In this document: positions 23,311 through 32,233 of the stretch, one piece after another | How positions within the stretch are numbered: the first letter of the stretch is position 1 | How the letters are laid out: each line of letters opens with the position of its first letter | Assembly: GCA_946414655.1 (NCBI GenBank) | Contig: CAMKPL010000001.1 | Span: 125,287 to 189,286 of the forward strand | Source of the DNA: an uncultured Bacillales bacterium | Lineage (GTDB): Bacteria > Bacillota_I > Bacilli_A > RFN20 > CAG-826 | Reading direction: 5' to 3' | DNA: 64,000 nucleotides | Notes under the pieces: model-generated | The model's database searches: none | Told to the model about the DNA's origin: nothing | Seen by the model: only the letters and a program-made list of their open reading frames with translations | Position numbers and translations under genes: made by a program

Positions 23311-25301
23311 TGCCACCAATGAGAATTAGGGAACATAAGAAAGCCAAAAAGGGTACTCTTACGAGATTACTCAAAGAGCTCTTTAAACGCTATCCAGTCA
23401 GACTTGGATTTGCTATTTTCCTTATTCTTTTTAATGTCTTTGCTAACCTCTCATCTTCGATGTTCTTAAACTTCGTAACTGTTTGCTTATCCACCGCTTT
23501 ATCAATGCCAGGTGGTGCACAAAACCCATTCACTGGAAGTTATCAAATTTCGGCAATGGGTATGACACTCAATACAAACGTATCAATCTTGTTGATTGTT
23601 CTTGCAAGCATCTACGCCTTTGGCGTTTTTGCTGCTTGGTGGTGGCGAAGAACAATGGCAGTCATTACACACGAATATTTGAATGAACTACGTATTCAAA
23701 TGTTCGCCCACTTACAAGATCTTCCAATCAAATATTTTGATACTCACCCTCATGGTGAAATCATGTCTTTGTTCACAAATGATATTGATACAATTCGTCA
23801 GTTTATTTCCGGAGCACTACCAACATTTATCCAAGCTTCATCAGCGATTATTTTGGTGCTTGTTGTAATGATGATGAACTCCATTTGGATGACGTTTGTC
23901 ACACTTGTGTGTTCTCTTTTGATGGTTCTTTCCACCGTTGTCTTTGGTGGAAGAGCGTCTCGATTCTTTATTAAACAACAAATTCAAGTTGCTAAAGTTG
24001 AAGGTAACATTGAGGAATCAATGAATGGTTTAAAAGTTATTAAATCATTCTCTCATGAAGAAAAATCTGAACTTCAATTTAAAGATTTAAATGATGAATT
24101 ATGTACTTACTCCACTAACGCCAATATTGCTGGTAACGTTACCGGACCAGTCAATATGAATATTGGAAACTTCATGTACATCTTGACCGCAACAGTTGGT
24201 TTCTTAATGCTCGTTATTCCAGGATTTAATAACTTAACACTTTCTGGATGGGTAGCAATTGATATTAATAATCCAGCGAATGTCTCCACATTCTGGGGTG
24301 TTGTTTTATCATTCCTACTCATGTCGAGAATGTTCTCCAACAACATGAATAACTTCTCACAACAAGTAACATTTATTGTTATGGGTATGGCTGGTGCATC
24401 ACGTTGCTTTGAACTCATTGATGAAAAACCAGAAGTTGATAATGGTTATGTTACTTTAGTACACGCTAAAAAAGACGAGAACGGAAACATTGTTGAAACA
24501 AACGAGAGAACAAGACTCTATGCTTGGAAACATCCTCATGGAGATGGTTCGTTAACTTATACCGAACTAAAAGGCGATATTCTCTTAGATCATGTTGACT
24601 TCTCATATGATGGACACCGATTAGTTCTTGAAGGCATTGATATTTACGCTCACCCAGGACAACAAATTGCTCTTGTTGGCGCAACTGGCGCAGGTAAAAC
24701 AACCATCACAAACTTAATTAACCGCTTCTATCCTCTTGCTGATGGCAAAGTTAGATATGATGGAATTAATATTAATAAAATTAAAAAAGATGATTTACGT
24801 CGTTCTTTAGGCATCGTTTTACAAGACGTTAACCTCTTTACCGGAACAGTTCTTGAAAACATTCGTTATGGTCGACTCGATGCGACAGATGAAGAATGTT
24901 ATGAAGCGGCTAAGATCGCAAATGCGTATGACTTTATTATGCGTTTACCAGAAGGTTTCAATACTGTTCTTTCTGGAGATGGATCAAACCTCTCTCAAGG
25001 ACAACGTCAATTAATCTCGATTGCGCGTGCCGCTGTTGCGGATGCGCCAGTCATGATTCTTGACGAGGCAACATCTTCTATTGATACACGTACCGAAAAA
25101 CTTGTTCAACAAGGTATGGATCAAATTATGAAAGGTCGAACAGTCTTTGTTATTGCTCACCGACTTTCCACCATTCAAAATGCGAATGCGATTATGGTTC
25201 TAGACCACGGAAAAATTATTGAACGTGGCGACCACGCTTCGCTGATTAAACAAAAAGGTTATTATTACCAGTTATACACTGGTGCATTTGAATTAGAATA
25301 A
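23310..25301 (+). CDS. Heterodimeric ABC exporter, subunit with consensus catalytic residues
   Basis: GATGAGKT, LSQGQ, MILDEAT, IAHRLST; start overlaps the partner's stop. Confidence 0.93.
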   Translation: MPPMRIREHKKAKKGTLTRLLKELFKRYPVRLGFAIFLILFNVFANLSSSMFLNFVTVCLSTALSMPGGAQNPFTGSYQISAMGMTLNTNVSILLIVLASIYAFGVFAAWWWRRTMAVITHEYLNELRIQMFAHLQDLPIKYFDTHPHGEIMSLFTNDIDTIRQFISGALPTFIQASSAIILVLVVMMMNSIWMTFVTLVCSLLMVLSTVVFGGRASRFFIKQQIQVAKVEGNIEESMNGLKVIKSFSHEEKSELQFKDLNDELCTYSTNANIAGNVTGPVNMNIGNFMYILTATVGFLMLVIPGFNNLTLSGWVAIDINNPANVSTFWGVVLSFLLMSRMFSNNMNNFSQQVTFIVMGMAGASRCFELIDEKPEVDNGYVTLVHAKKDENGNIVETNERTRLYAWKHPHGDGSLTYTELKGDILLDHVDFSYDGHRLVLEGIDIYAHPGQQIALVGATGAGKTTITNLINRFYPLADGKVRYDGININKIKKDDLRRSLGIVLQDVNLFTGTVLENIRYGRLDATDEECYEAAKIANAYDFIMRLPEGFNTVLSGDGSNLSQGQRQLISIARAAVADAPVMILDEATSSIDTRTEKLVQQGMDQIMKGRTVFVIAHRLSTIQNANAIMVLDHGKIIERGDHASLIKQKGYYYQLYTGAFELE

Positions 25302-25311
25302 GGAATTTAAC

Positions 25312-26703
25312 ATGAAAAAGTTTGGAATTGCTGCACTTTTATCTATTCTTGTTATCTCTGGTTGTACTTCTACACCAAAGAAAAAGAAACAATCTTCTAG
25401 TGAGAATCCAACATCTCAAACAAGCGTAGAACCAGGAACATCTTCTGTTTCTCCGACTTCTCAATCCACATCAGTTACAAGTAGTGCACCAGCTCCAACC
25501 ACAGCTAGTTCGAGTGGCTCAACTACACCTATTTCAAGTTCATCTATCTCTTCGGTTGATCCAATTATTGATTTAGGAAAACAAAAAATTAGTTTCATTA
25601 AAAATTATATTGCCGAACATCCAATTGATGTCCCTTCAGGAATGAGAGGCGCTGTTGATTATACGACAAAAGTTACATTTGATGGACTCGCCCTTCAATC
25701 AATAGATTTAGGAAAAGAAACCAGTAAATATGGCCTAAATTTCTCATCTAAATATAAAGTAATTTTTGGAGATGAAACTGGTTATATTGGAGCAGCATCA
25801 TCGACTCTTTATAACAAAGTTGGTGATTATGATGGTGATCCAGATTCTAAATATACGATTACGGGTTATCTTTCCATTTACATGGGCAACCCAGAAATCT
25901 TTGTTAGTGAATACACTTATAACAAGTCTTTATCTGTCACATTCGACGCTAAAGCATCATCAAAAAGTGAAATGTCATTTAGTAATTTCTTCGAAACAAC
26001 AAAAGACATGGAATACAACTGTGCTGGACATGGTTATGGCGAGATGTACACATTTAGTAACGTTACTTCATATCTTTGGGTGAGTGATAATACCCACCAA
26101 AAGTTCGCTTGGATTACTGATGGTTCAACAATCATTAAAACCATCGCACATAATCGTCCAAATATTTCTAAAGACAGTGTGTTTAATATCGTCGGTCTTC
26201 TTTCAATGAAAGACTACGCACCAGCACTTTGGGTAATCGATGTTGAAAAGGTTGAGTCTGCAACTCCTAAAACACTTGATGTTTCTTTAGCTACTGAGTT
26301 ATCAATTACCAATCTTAAAAAGAATAAAGCATCTCAAGAAGATACTGATACACGCTTCCCAGATTACACCATGTCCTGGTCTAAACTTTATAAGACAACA
26401 GGTTATTTAACCACCATTGAAGAAGGCGGAAAATACTACATCGGTATGCGTGATGAGTATTATTCAGGTTCAGAATATATCAATGGCAAAAACAATGCTC
26501 GAGCCAATTATGGTATTGCTTTAATCTATAACGAAAAATTCTGGAATATTAATTATGAATACATTCTCACCGGACCATACGGCGACCTTGTTGACGCTGA
26601 TGAATCCGTCGAGGTCTTCTATATTCTTCAACGTTTAGAATACACAGATGGAAAAACTTGTTGGAATATTCTTCTTCTTCCATCGACATTCCCAACTGTT
26701 TAA
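25312..26703 (+). CDS. Lipoprotein of unknown function, possibly with OB-fold-like domains (lipoprotein B)
   Basis: Lipobox ISGC, then TSTPKKKKQSS and an S/T linker. Body has beta-rich segments such as YTITGYLSIYMGNPEI. Confidence 0.85.
   Translation: MKKFGIAALLSILVISGCTSTPKKKKQSSSENPTSQTSVEPGTSSVSPTSQSTSVTSSAPAPTTASSSGSTTPISSSSISSVDPIIDLGKQKISFIKNYIAEHPIDVPSGMRGAVDYTTKVTFDGLALQSIDLGKETSKYGLNFSSKYKVIFGDETGYIGAASSTLYNKVGDYDGDPDSKYTITGYLSIYMGNPEIFVSEYTYNKSLSVTFDAKASSKSEMSFSNFFETTKDMEYNCAGHGYGEMYTFSNVTSYLWVSDNTHQKFAWITDGSTIIKTIAHNRPNISKDSVFNIVGLLSMKDYAPALWVIDVEKVESATPKTLDVSLATELSITNLKKNKASQEDTDTRFPDYTMSWSKLYKTTGYLTTIEEGGKYYIGMRDEYYSGSEYINGKNNARANYGIALIYNEKFWNINYEYILTGPYGDLVDADESVEVFYILQRLEYTDGKTCWNILLLPSTFPTV
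25357..25449 (+). repeat. 93-bp lipoprotein N-terminal module, copy 2
   Basis: Inverted partner of 19186-19278; the first 26 nt are identical. Confidence 0.9.
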
Positions 26704-26709
26704 TTAAAG

Positions 26710-26742
26710 AAAAAATATGCCGCAAAATCGGCATATTTTTTT
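26710..26742. terminator. Bidirectional intrinsic terminator between lipoprotein B and folD
   Basis: AAAAAATATGCCG-loop-CGGCATATTTTTT between convergent genes. Confidence 0.88.
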
Positions 26743-26753
26743 CAAAACCCCAA

Positions 26754-27539
26754 TTATTTATGAAGCTTTAATAGATTTTCCATTAAGGCTAAGCGAGTTA
26801 ATAATCCAACCCCGCCTGGAACTGGAGTTTGTAATCTAACAGGAAGATTTGGAACAGCATCACCATGTAATCCGGTTTCATCACGGTTAATACCAACATC
26901 AACAATAACCGCAGAATCTTTGTACTTATAAGATTCATCTAAGATTCCTTGTTTACCTGTTGCGACAACGATAATATCGGCATTAGCAATATATCTTTCG
27001 AAATCTGGACGAGTTGTTTTCGAGTGAAGAACAGTCACGTTTGAACTTTCCGCAAGAAGCATCTTAGCCATTGGTTTTCCAACAATATTTGATCGACCAA
27101 TCACCACCGCGTTCTTTCCTTTAAGTTCAACATTTTCTGCCTTAAGGTAGTTCATAATTCCTTGAGGTGTGCATGGGTTGAGTTTGCTTAATGGATGGAA
27201 ACCATCAACATCTTTTTCTGGAGAGATAGCTAATTTGATTGTGTCTTCATTAATGTGTTTTGGAAGTGGCATTTGAACAAGAAAACCATCGAGTTTTTTG
27301 TTTTTGTTAAGTTTGCCAACTAACTTTAAAAGTTCCTTTTCGGTTGTTGATTCAGGAAGCTTAATTAGTTTTGCTTCAACACCGAGTTCAGCAGAATCTT
27401 TTAGTTTTCCTTTAACATAAGCATTTGATGCTGGATCATCATTAATTTGGACAATCACCAATGTTGGTTTACGATCCATTTTCGCAATTAAATCTTTGAG
27501 CTCAACTTTACGAGCTTTAACATACTCTTTAATAATCAT
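26754..27539 (-). CDS. folD: Methylenetetrahydrofolate dehydrogenase/cyclohydrolase
   Basis: KDVDGFHP, PCTPQG, GRSNIVGKP, DVGINR, TPVPGGVG. Confidence 0.95.
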   Translation of the reverse strand: MIIKEYVKARKVELKDLIAKMDRKPTLVIVQINDDPASNAYVKGKLKDSAELGVEAKLIKLPESTTEKELLKLVGKLNKNKKLDGFLVQMPLPKHINEDTIKLAISPEKDVDGFHPLSKLNPCTPQGIMNYLKAENVELKGKNAVVIGRSNIVGKPMAKMLLAESSNVTVLHSKTTRPDFERYIANADIIVVATGKQGILDESYKYKDSAVIVDVGINRDETGLHGDAVPNLPVRLQTPVPGGVGLLTRLALMENLLKLHK

Positions 27540-27627
27540 GATTATTTCCTCAGAAATTCTAAAGATATAATAGCACATTTTGATAGTTTTCCTATCAAAA
27601 TATTTATTCGTTATTTATAATAGAAAC

Positions 27628-28314
27628 ATGGAATTTGTTGGTTTAGACAAAATGTCGATGCTTGACTACGAAGATTATGTCTCCGCAGTTATTTTTGCCC
27701 CAAAATGTAACTTCCGTTGCCCATTTTGTCATAACGGAGATTCAGTTTTAAATTCGTCAGTCGAAATTCCTTTTGAAGACATCCTTGCTTACTTAGAAAG
27801 TAGAAAAGGTCTTCTAGATGCTGTTGTTGTGACTGGCGGAGAGCCAACATTGATGCCTGATTTAGAAAATAAAATTCGACAAATCAAAGAACTTGGCTAC
27901 CAAGTTAAGCTTGATACTAATGGAACAAATCCAGAGCTTTTAAAACACTTAATTGATGAGAAATTAATCGACTATGTGGCAATGGATATTAAAAATTCTA
28001 AAGAAAAATATGCTTTAACTGCTGGATGTAAGTTCGTTGATTTAGAAAAGATTAAACAATCTATCGATATATTAAAAAATTCCGGAATTCGCTATGAATT
28101 TAGAACAACACTCGTTAAAGAATTCCATGATTTTAGTGATATTAAAGGAATTGGCGAACTAGTTAAAGGAGCTAAAAAACTTTATCTCCAGAAGTTTGTT
28201 GATCGAGAAGGTGTCATTCAAAAAGGTCTCCATCACGTTGATGAAGACATTGCACTTTTGTATAAAAAAGACCTCGAGAATTATGTTTCCGAGGTCTATC
28301 TTAGAGGTTATTAA
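27628..28314 (+). CDS. nrdG: Anaerobic ribonucleoside-triphosphate reductase activating enzyme (radical SAM)
   Basis: CNFRCPFCHN, VTGGEPTL, KLDTNGT, YVAMDIK, EFRTT; near nrdD. Confidence 0.92.
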   Translation: MEFVGLDKMSMLDYEDYVSAVIFAPKCNFRCPFCHNGDSVLNSSVEIPFEDILAYLESRKGLLDAVVVTGGEPTLMPDLENKIRQIKELGYQVKLDTNGTNPELLKHLIDEKLIDYVAMDIKNSKEKYALTAGCKFVDLEKIKQSIDILKNSGIRYEFRTTLVKEFHDFSDIKGIGELVKGAKKLYLQKFVDREGVIQKGLHHVDEDIALLYKKDLENYVSEVYLRGY

Positions 28315-29210
28315 TCAAGGTACTTAACTGCCGCAAGAGCAGCAATAGCGCCATCGTTACAAGCCGTCACACATTGACGGATTGTTTTCTTTCTTGTGTC
28401 TCCAACAGCGAACAAGCCTTTTGTTTTTGTTTCCATGTTTTCATCTGTAACGATGTAACCTTTTTCTAAATCCACAAGATTTGCGAAATTCTCGTTACTT
28501 GGGATTTGTCCAATGCAAACAAAGACATTATCGGTTTTAAATTCGCGACGGAGTTTGGTTTTGGTGTCTTCAAACACAAGGCCTTCAAGTGAACTTTCGC
28601 CAAGATACTCCACTAGGTTCATATTATGTGTGACTTCAATGTTTTCTTTGGCTTTTAAGCGATCAACAAGGATTGCATCAGCGAAGAATTTGTCAAACAA
28701 TGTGAACACGTGCACTTTAGTGCAGTAGTTGGCTAAAGTAAAAGCATATTGGAGAGCAGTATTAGCGTCTCCAATGAGGTAAACCTCTTTTCCCTTATAC
28801 ATTGGGCCATCGCAAACAGCACAGAAGGAAATACCATTACCAATGAGTTCTCGCTCTTTTGGAAGATTCATTAAACGGTGTTTCACGCCATTTGCAATGA
28901 TAACTACTTTTGATTCATATGAATTGTAGTTGGTGTGAACTTTGAAGATGTCTCCAACCTTTTCGATTTTTAAGACATCTTCAAGTTCAAAGTTGGCGCC
29001 TAAATCAGTAATTTGAGCAAACAGGTTGTCAGAAAAATCTAACCCAGAGATCTCTTTAATTGATGGAAAGTTTTCAAGTCTTGGTGAATTAGCAATTTGC
29101 CCACCAAAATTTTCTTTTTCCAGAATTAAAACAGTCTTGTTTGTTCGTAGGAGATATAACGCAGCGGTCATCCCTGCTGGGCCACCGCCGACAACAATGG
29201 CGTCAAACAT
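28311..29210 (-). CDS. trxB: Thioredoxin reductase
   Basis: GGGPAGMTAA, redox CAVC, FAVGD; 4 nt downstream of nrdD. Confidence 0.88.
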   Translation of the reverse strand: MFDAIVVGGGPAGMTAALYLLRTNKTVLILEKENFGGQIANSPRLENFPSIKEISGLDFSDNLFAQITDLGANFELEDVLKIEKVGDIFKVHTNYNSYESKVVIIANGVKHRLMNLPKERELIGNGISFCAVCDGPMYKGKEVYLIGDANTALQYAFTLANYCTKVHVFTLFDKFFADAILVDRLKAKENIEVTHNMNLVEYLGESSLEGLVFEDTKTKLRREFKTDNVFVCIGQIPSNENFANLVDLEKGYIVTDENMETKTKGLFAVGDTRKKTIRQCVTACNDGAIAALAAVKYLD

Positions 29211-29214
29211 AAGC

Positions 29215-31584
29215 TTATTTTACGCTTTCAATATAACCTTTAATGTTAGAGGCGTTTTCGTAGACTTTTAAGCCATCAGCCATTGGAACAATAAGTGTTG
29301 GAGCTTTCTTCACGCCGTATTGTTTGGTCAGATCGACGTTTTCTTCAGCATCAACAACTTCATAAGCGATTCCGGCTTTGTCTAAAAGCATCTTAGCCAT
29401 CTTACAATTTGGACATGTTTTTGTCGCAAATAATAAGGTTTTATTGAGGTTTTGTGGTTGATTTTCACATTTACATTCTTCTTCGGTGTGTTCAACATGT
29501 GGGTGAAGCACAGAAGTTTCTGGATGGTAGACTTTACGGTTCTTGAATTCCTCGCTCTTACCATCGTTCCAGTTTTGAATTGGACGATAGTAACCAGTAA
29601 TACGGGAATAAACTTCGGTCTTGGCACCACATTTTGGACATGTATATTCTTCGCCGCTAATGTATCCGTGTTCCTTACAAACAGAGTAAGTTGGAGACAT
29701 TGTGTAGTATGGAATGTGATAGTTTTCAGCAATCTTACGAACAAGATTCATACATGATTTCCATGAAGGTAATTTTTGTCCTAAGAAGGCATGGAAAACG
29801 GTACCAGATGTGTAAAGAGTTTGTAATCCGTCTTGGATATCAAGAGCACGGAAGATATCGTCTGTAAAACCAACTGGTAAGTGTGAAGAGTTGGTGTAAT
29901 ATGGAGTCTTACCTTCTTCAGATGCGGTAATGATATCTGGATATTTGGCCTTATCGTGTTTTGCTAAACGATAGGCGGTTGATTCGGCTGGTGTAGCTTC
30001 GAGGTTATAAAGATCTCCATAGAGTTCTTGATAATCAGAAAGTTTGTTTCTCATGTGGTTTAACACATCCTTAGTGAATTGAATTGCTTCTGGGTGGGTT
30101 AAATCTTTCTTGATCCAGCGAGCATTTAAGCAAGCTTCGTTCATACCAACTAAACCAATTGTGGAGAAGTGGTTATTGAAGGTGCCTAAATAACGTTTGG
30201 TGTATGGATAAAGTCCAGCTTCGAGTAAGGTGGTAATTGTGTTACGTTTCACCTTTAAGGAACGAGCGGAAATATCCATAATGCGGTCTAAACGATTGTA
30301 GAAGTCTTGTTCATCAGTGGATAAATAAGCAAGTCTTGGCATGTTGATTGTAACAACGCCAACAGAACCTGTTGATTCACCAGATCCAAAGAATCCGCCC
30401 GATTTCTTACGTAATTCACGTAAGTCGAGACGTAAACGACAGCACATTGAACGAACATCGCTTGGTTCCATATCGGAATTGATGTAGTTAGAGAAGTATG
30501 GAGTTCCGTACTTCGCTGTCATTTCGAACAAGAGTTTGTTATTTTCGGTTTCGGACCAGTCAAATGTTTTAGTAATGGAATAAGTTGGAATTGGGTATTG
30601 GAAACCGCGTCCATTAGCATCACCTTCGATCATAATTTCGATGAAGGCTTTGTTAACCATCGCCATTTCTTCAACACAATCTTTGTACTTGAAATCCATT
30701 TCTTTTCCACCGACGATACAGTTGAGTTCGGCCATATCGTTTGGTACGACCCAGTCTAATGTAACGTTGGTGAATGGAGCTTGTGTACCCCAACGTGATG
30801 GTGTATTAACACCATAAATGAATGATTGAATGCATTGTTTGACTTCTTTATAGGTCAAATGATCTTTCTTTACAAATGGTGCAAGATAAGTATCAAATGA
30901 GGAGAAGGCTTGAGCACCAGCCCATTCATTTTGCATGATGCCAAGGAAGTTCACCATTTGGTTGCAAAGAGTTGATAGGTGGTTTGCTGGAGCAGATGTA
31001 ATCTTTCCAGGAACTCCGCCTAAACCTTCTTGAATGAGTTGTTTTAAACTCCATCCAGCACAGTAACCTGTGAGCATACTTAAATCGTGGATATGGATAT
31101 CCGCGTTTCTATGGGCATCAGCAATTTCCTTGTCGTAAATCTCACTTAACCAATAGTTGGCTGTAACAGCACCACTGTTGGAAAGAATTAAACCACCGAC
31201 GGAGTAAGTCACGGTGGAGTTTTCCTTCACGCGCCAGTCATTAATCTTTAAATAATTATTGATGACGTTTTTATAGTCTAAACTTGTGGACTTGATTTGT
31301 CGGAGATTCTCGTGTTGTTTACGATAAATCATATAACTACGAGCGACATCAATATATCCGGCTTGAATTAAAACAACTTCAACGGAATCTTGAATGTCTT
31401 CGATAGCAACGATTTCATTAACGACTTTTTTATTAAAATCAGCAGTCACTCTGAGGGCGAGCATCTCAATAATATCGCTATTATAAAACTTGTGCTCGGC
31501 CATGAACGCACGTTCAATTGCGTTCTCAATTTTTTTAAGATCAAAGTCTTCTAAAGACTCGTCTCTCTTTCTAATTTTCAACAT
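29215..31584 (-). CDS. nrdD: Class III (anaerobic) ribonucleoside-triphosphate reductase with N-terminal ATP cone and C-terminal glutaredoxin/NrdH-like domain
   Basis: ATP cone (IRKRD..FDLKKI), HIHDL..GYCAGW, SMCCRL, Zn site CKEHG..CPKCG, glycyl motif RITGYY, then TCPNC redoxin domain. Confidence 0.93.
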   Translation of the reverse strand: MLKIRKRDESLEDFDLKKIENAIERAFMAEHKFYNSDIIEMLALRVTADFNKKVVNEIVAIEDIQDSVEVVLIQAGYIDVARSYMIYRKQHENLRQIKSTSLDYKNVINNYLKINDWRVKENSTVTYSVGGLILSNSGAVTANYWLSEIYDKEIADAHRNADIHIHDLSMLTGYCAGWSLKQLIQEGLGGVPGKITSAPANHLSTLCNQMVNFLGIMQNEWAGAQAFSSFDTYLAPFVKKDHLTYKEVKQCIQSFIYGVNTPSRWGTQAPFTNVTLDWVVPNDMAELNCIVGGKEMDFKYKDCVEEMAMVNKAFIEIMIEGDANGRGFQYPIPTYSITKTFDWSETENNKLLFEMTAKYGTPYFSNYINSDMEPSDVRSMCCRLRLDLRELRKKSGGFFGSGESTGSVGVVTINMPRLAYLSTDEQDFYNRLDRIMDISARSLKVKRNTITTLLEAGLYPYTKRYLGTFNNHFSTIGLVGMNEACLNARWIKKDLTHPEAIQFTKDVLNHMRNKLSDYQELYGDLYNLEATPAESTAYRLAKHDKAKYPDIITASEEGKTPYYTNSSHLPVGFTDDIFRALDIQDGLQTLYTSGTVFHAFLGQKLPSWKSCMNLVRKIAENYHIPYYTMSPTYSVCKEHGYISGEEYTCPKCGAKTEVYSRITGYYRPIQNWNDGKSEEFKNRKVYHPETSVLHPHVEHTEEECKCENQPQNLNKTLLFATKTCPNCKMAKMLLDKAGIAYEVVDAEENVDLTKQYGVKKAPTLIVPMADGLKVYENASNIKGYIESVK

Positions 31585-31815
31585 AACTCATACCTCCCAG
31601 CGAGAATTTGAAAATAGTGATAGAAAAACCTTAGTTTAAGTTTTCAATTTGTCAGGGACCATTAATATTTATTAAGTGGTGCTGTTATTATATATAAATG
31701 TATGGTCTAAAATAAGAAAAATCTTCCAAAATTTTTACACTGTATATATTTTAGCAAAATTATTGTGTATTTATGGCACTTTCTTCTTTGTCAAACATTA
31801 TGTTAACAAATTAAT

Positions 31816-31840
31816 AAAAAAATGCCGTTTTATCTGGCAA
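31816..31840 (-). terminator. Probable terminator between MazG-like paralog 2 and nrdD
   Basis: TGCC/GGCA stem followed by T7 on the minus strand; short stem. Confidence 0.55.
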
Positions 31841-31868
31841 ATTTTTATTTAGTTACAAAGTAACTACT

Positions 31869-32186
31869 TTATAATTCGTTGTACTTTTTAGCTTTTCCTT
31901 TAACTTTTTCGATAGGATATTTCTTTTCGTTTTGATCCATTTTTAAATTAACAATTTCATCAACGTCTAAATCAAGCTTATCCGCTAAGTTCTGACAATT
32001 GACAATAACATCTGCTAATTCTTCTTTAACTTTTTCAAGATTATATTCCTCGTTCCATTGGAAACATTCTAATAATTCGCCAGCTTCAATAATTATTGTT
32101 TTAGCTAAATTAGCTGGTGTGTGATATTTGTCCCAGTCACGATCAGAAGTAAAGTGACGTACTCGTTCTAGTGTTTTCTTTTTCAT
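31869..32186 (-). CDS. MazG-like nucleotide pyrophosphohydrolase (paralog 2)
   Basis: RDWDKYH..NLAKTIIIEAGELLECFQW...EKVKEELADV...NEKKYP. Confidence 0.9.
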   Translation of the reverse strand: MKKKTLERVRHFTSDRDWDKYHTPANLAKTIIIEAGELLECFQWNEEYNLEKVKEELADVIVNCQNLADKLDLDVDEIVNLKMDQNEKKYPIEKVKGKAKKYNEL

Positions 32187-32233
32187 ATTCCGTATTTTAA
32201 CATATTAGACTAAAATAGTCTTGGAGTTAAATT

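Noticed and set aside
31690-31775. Possible NrdR boxes upstream of nrdD
   Set aside because: The best candidates match only about half of the palindromic consensus in very AT-rich DNA.
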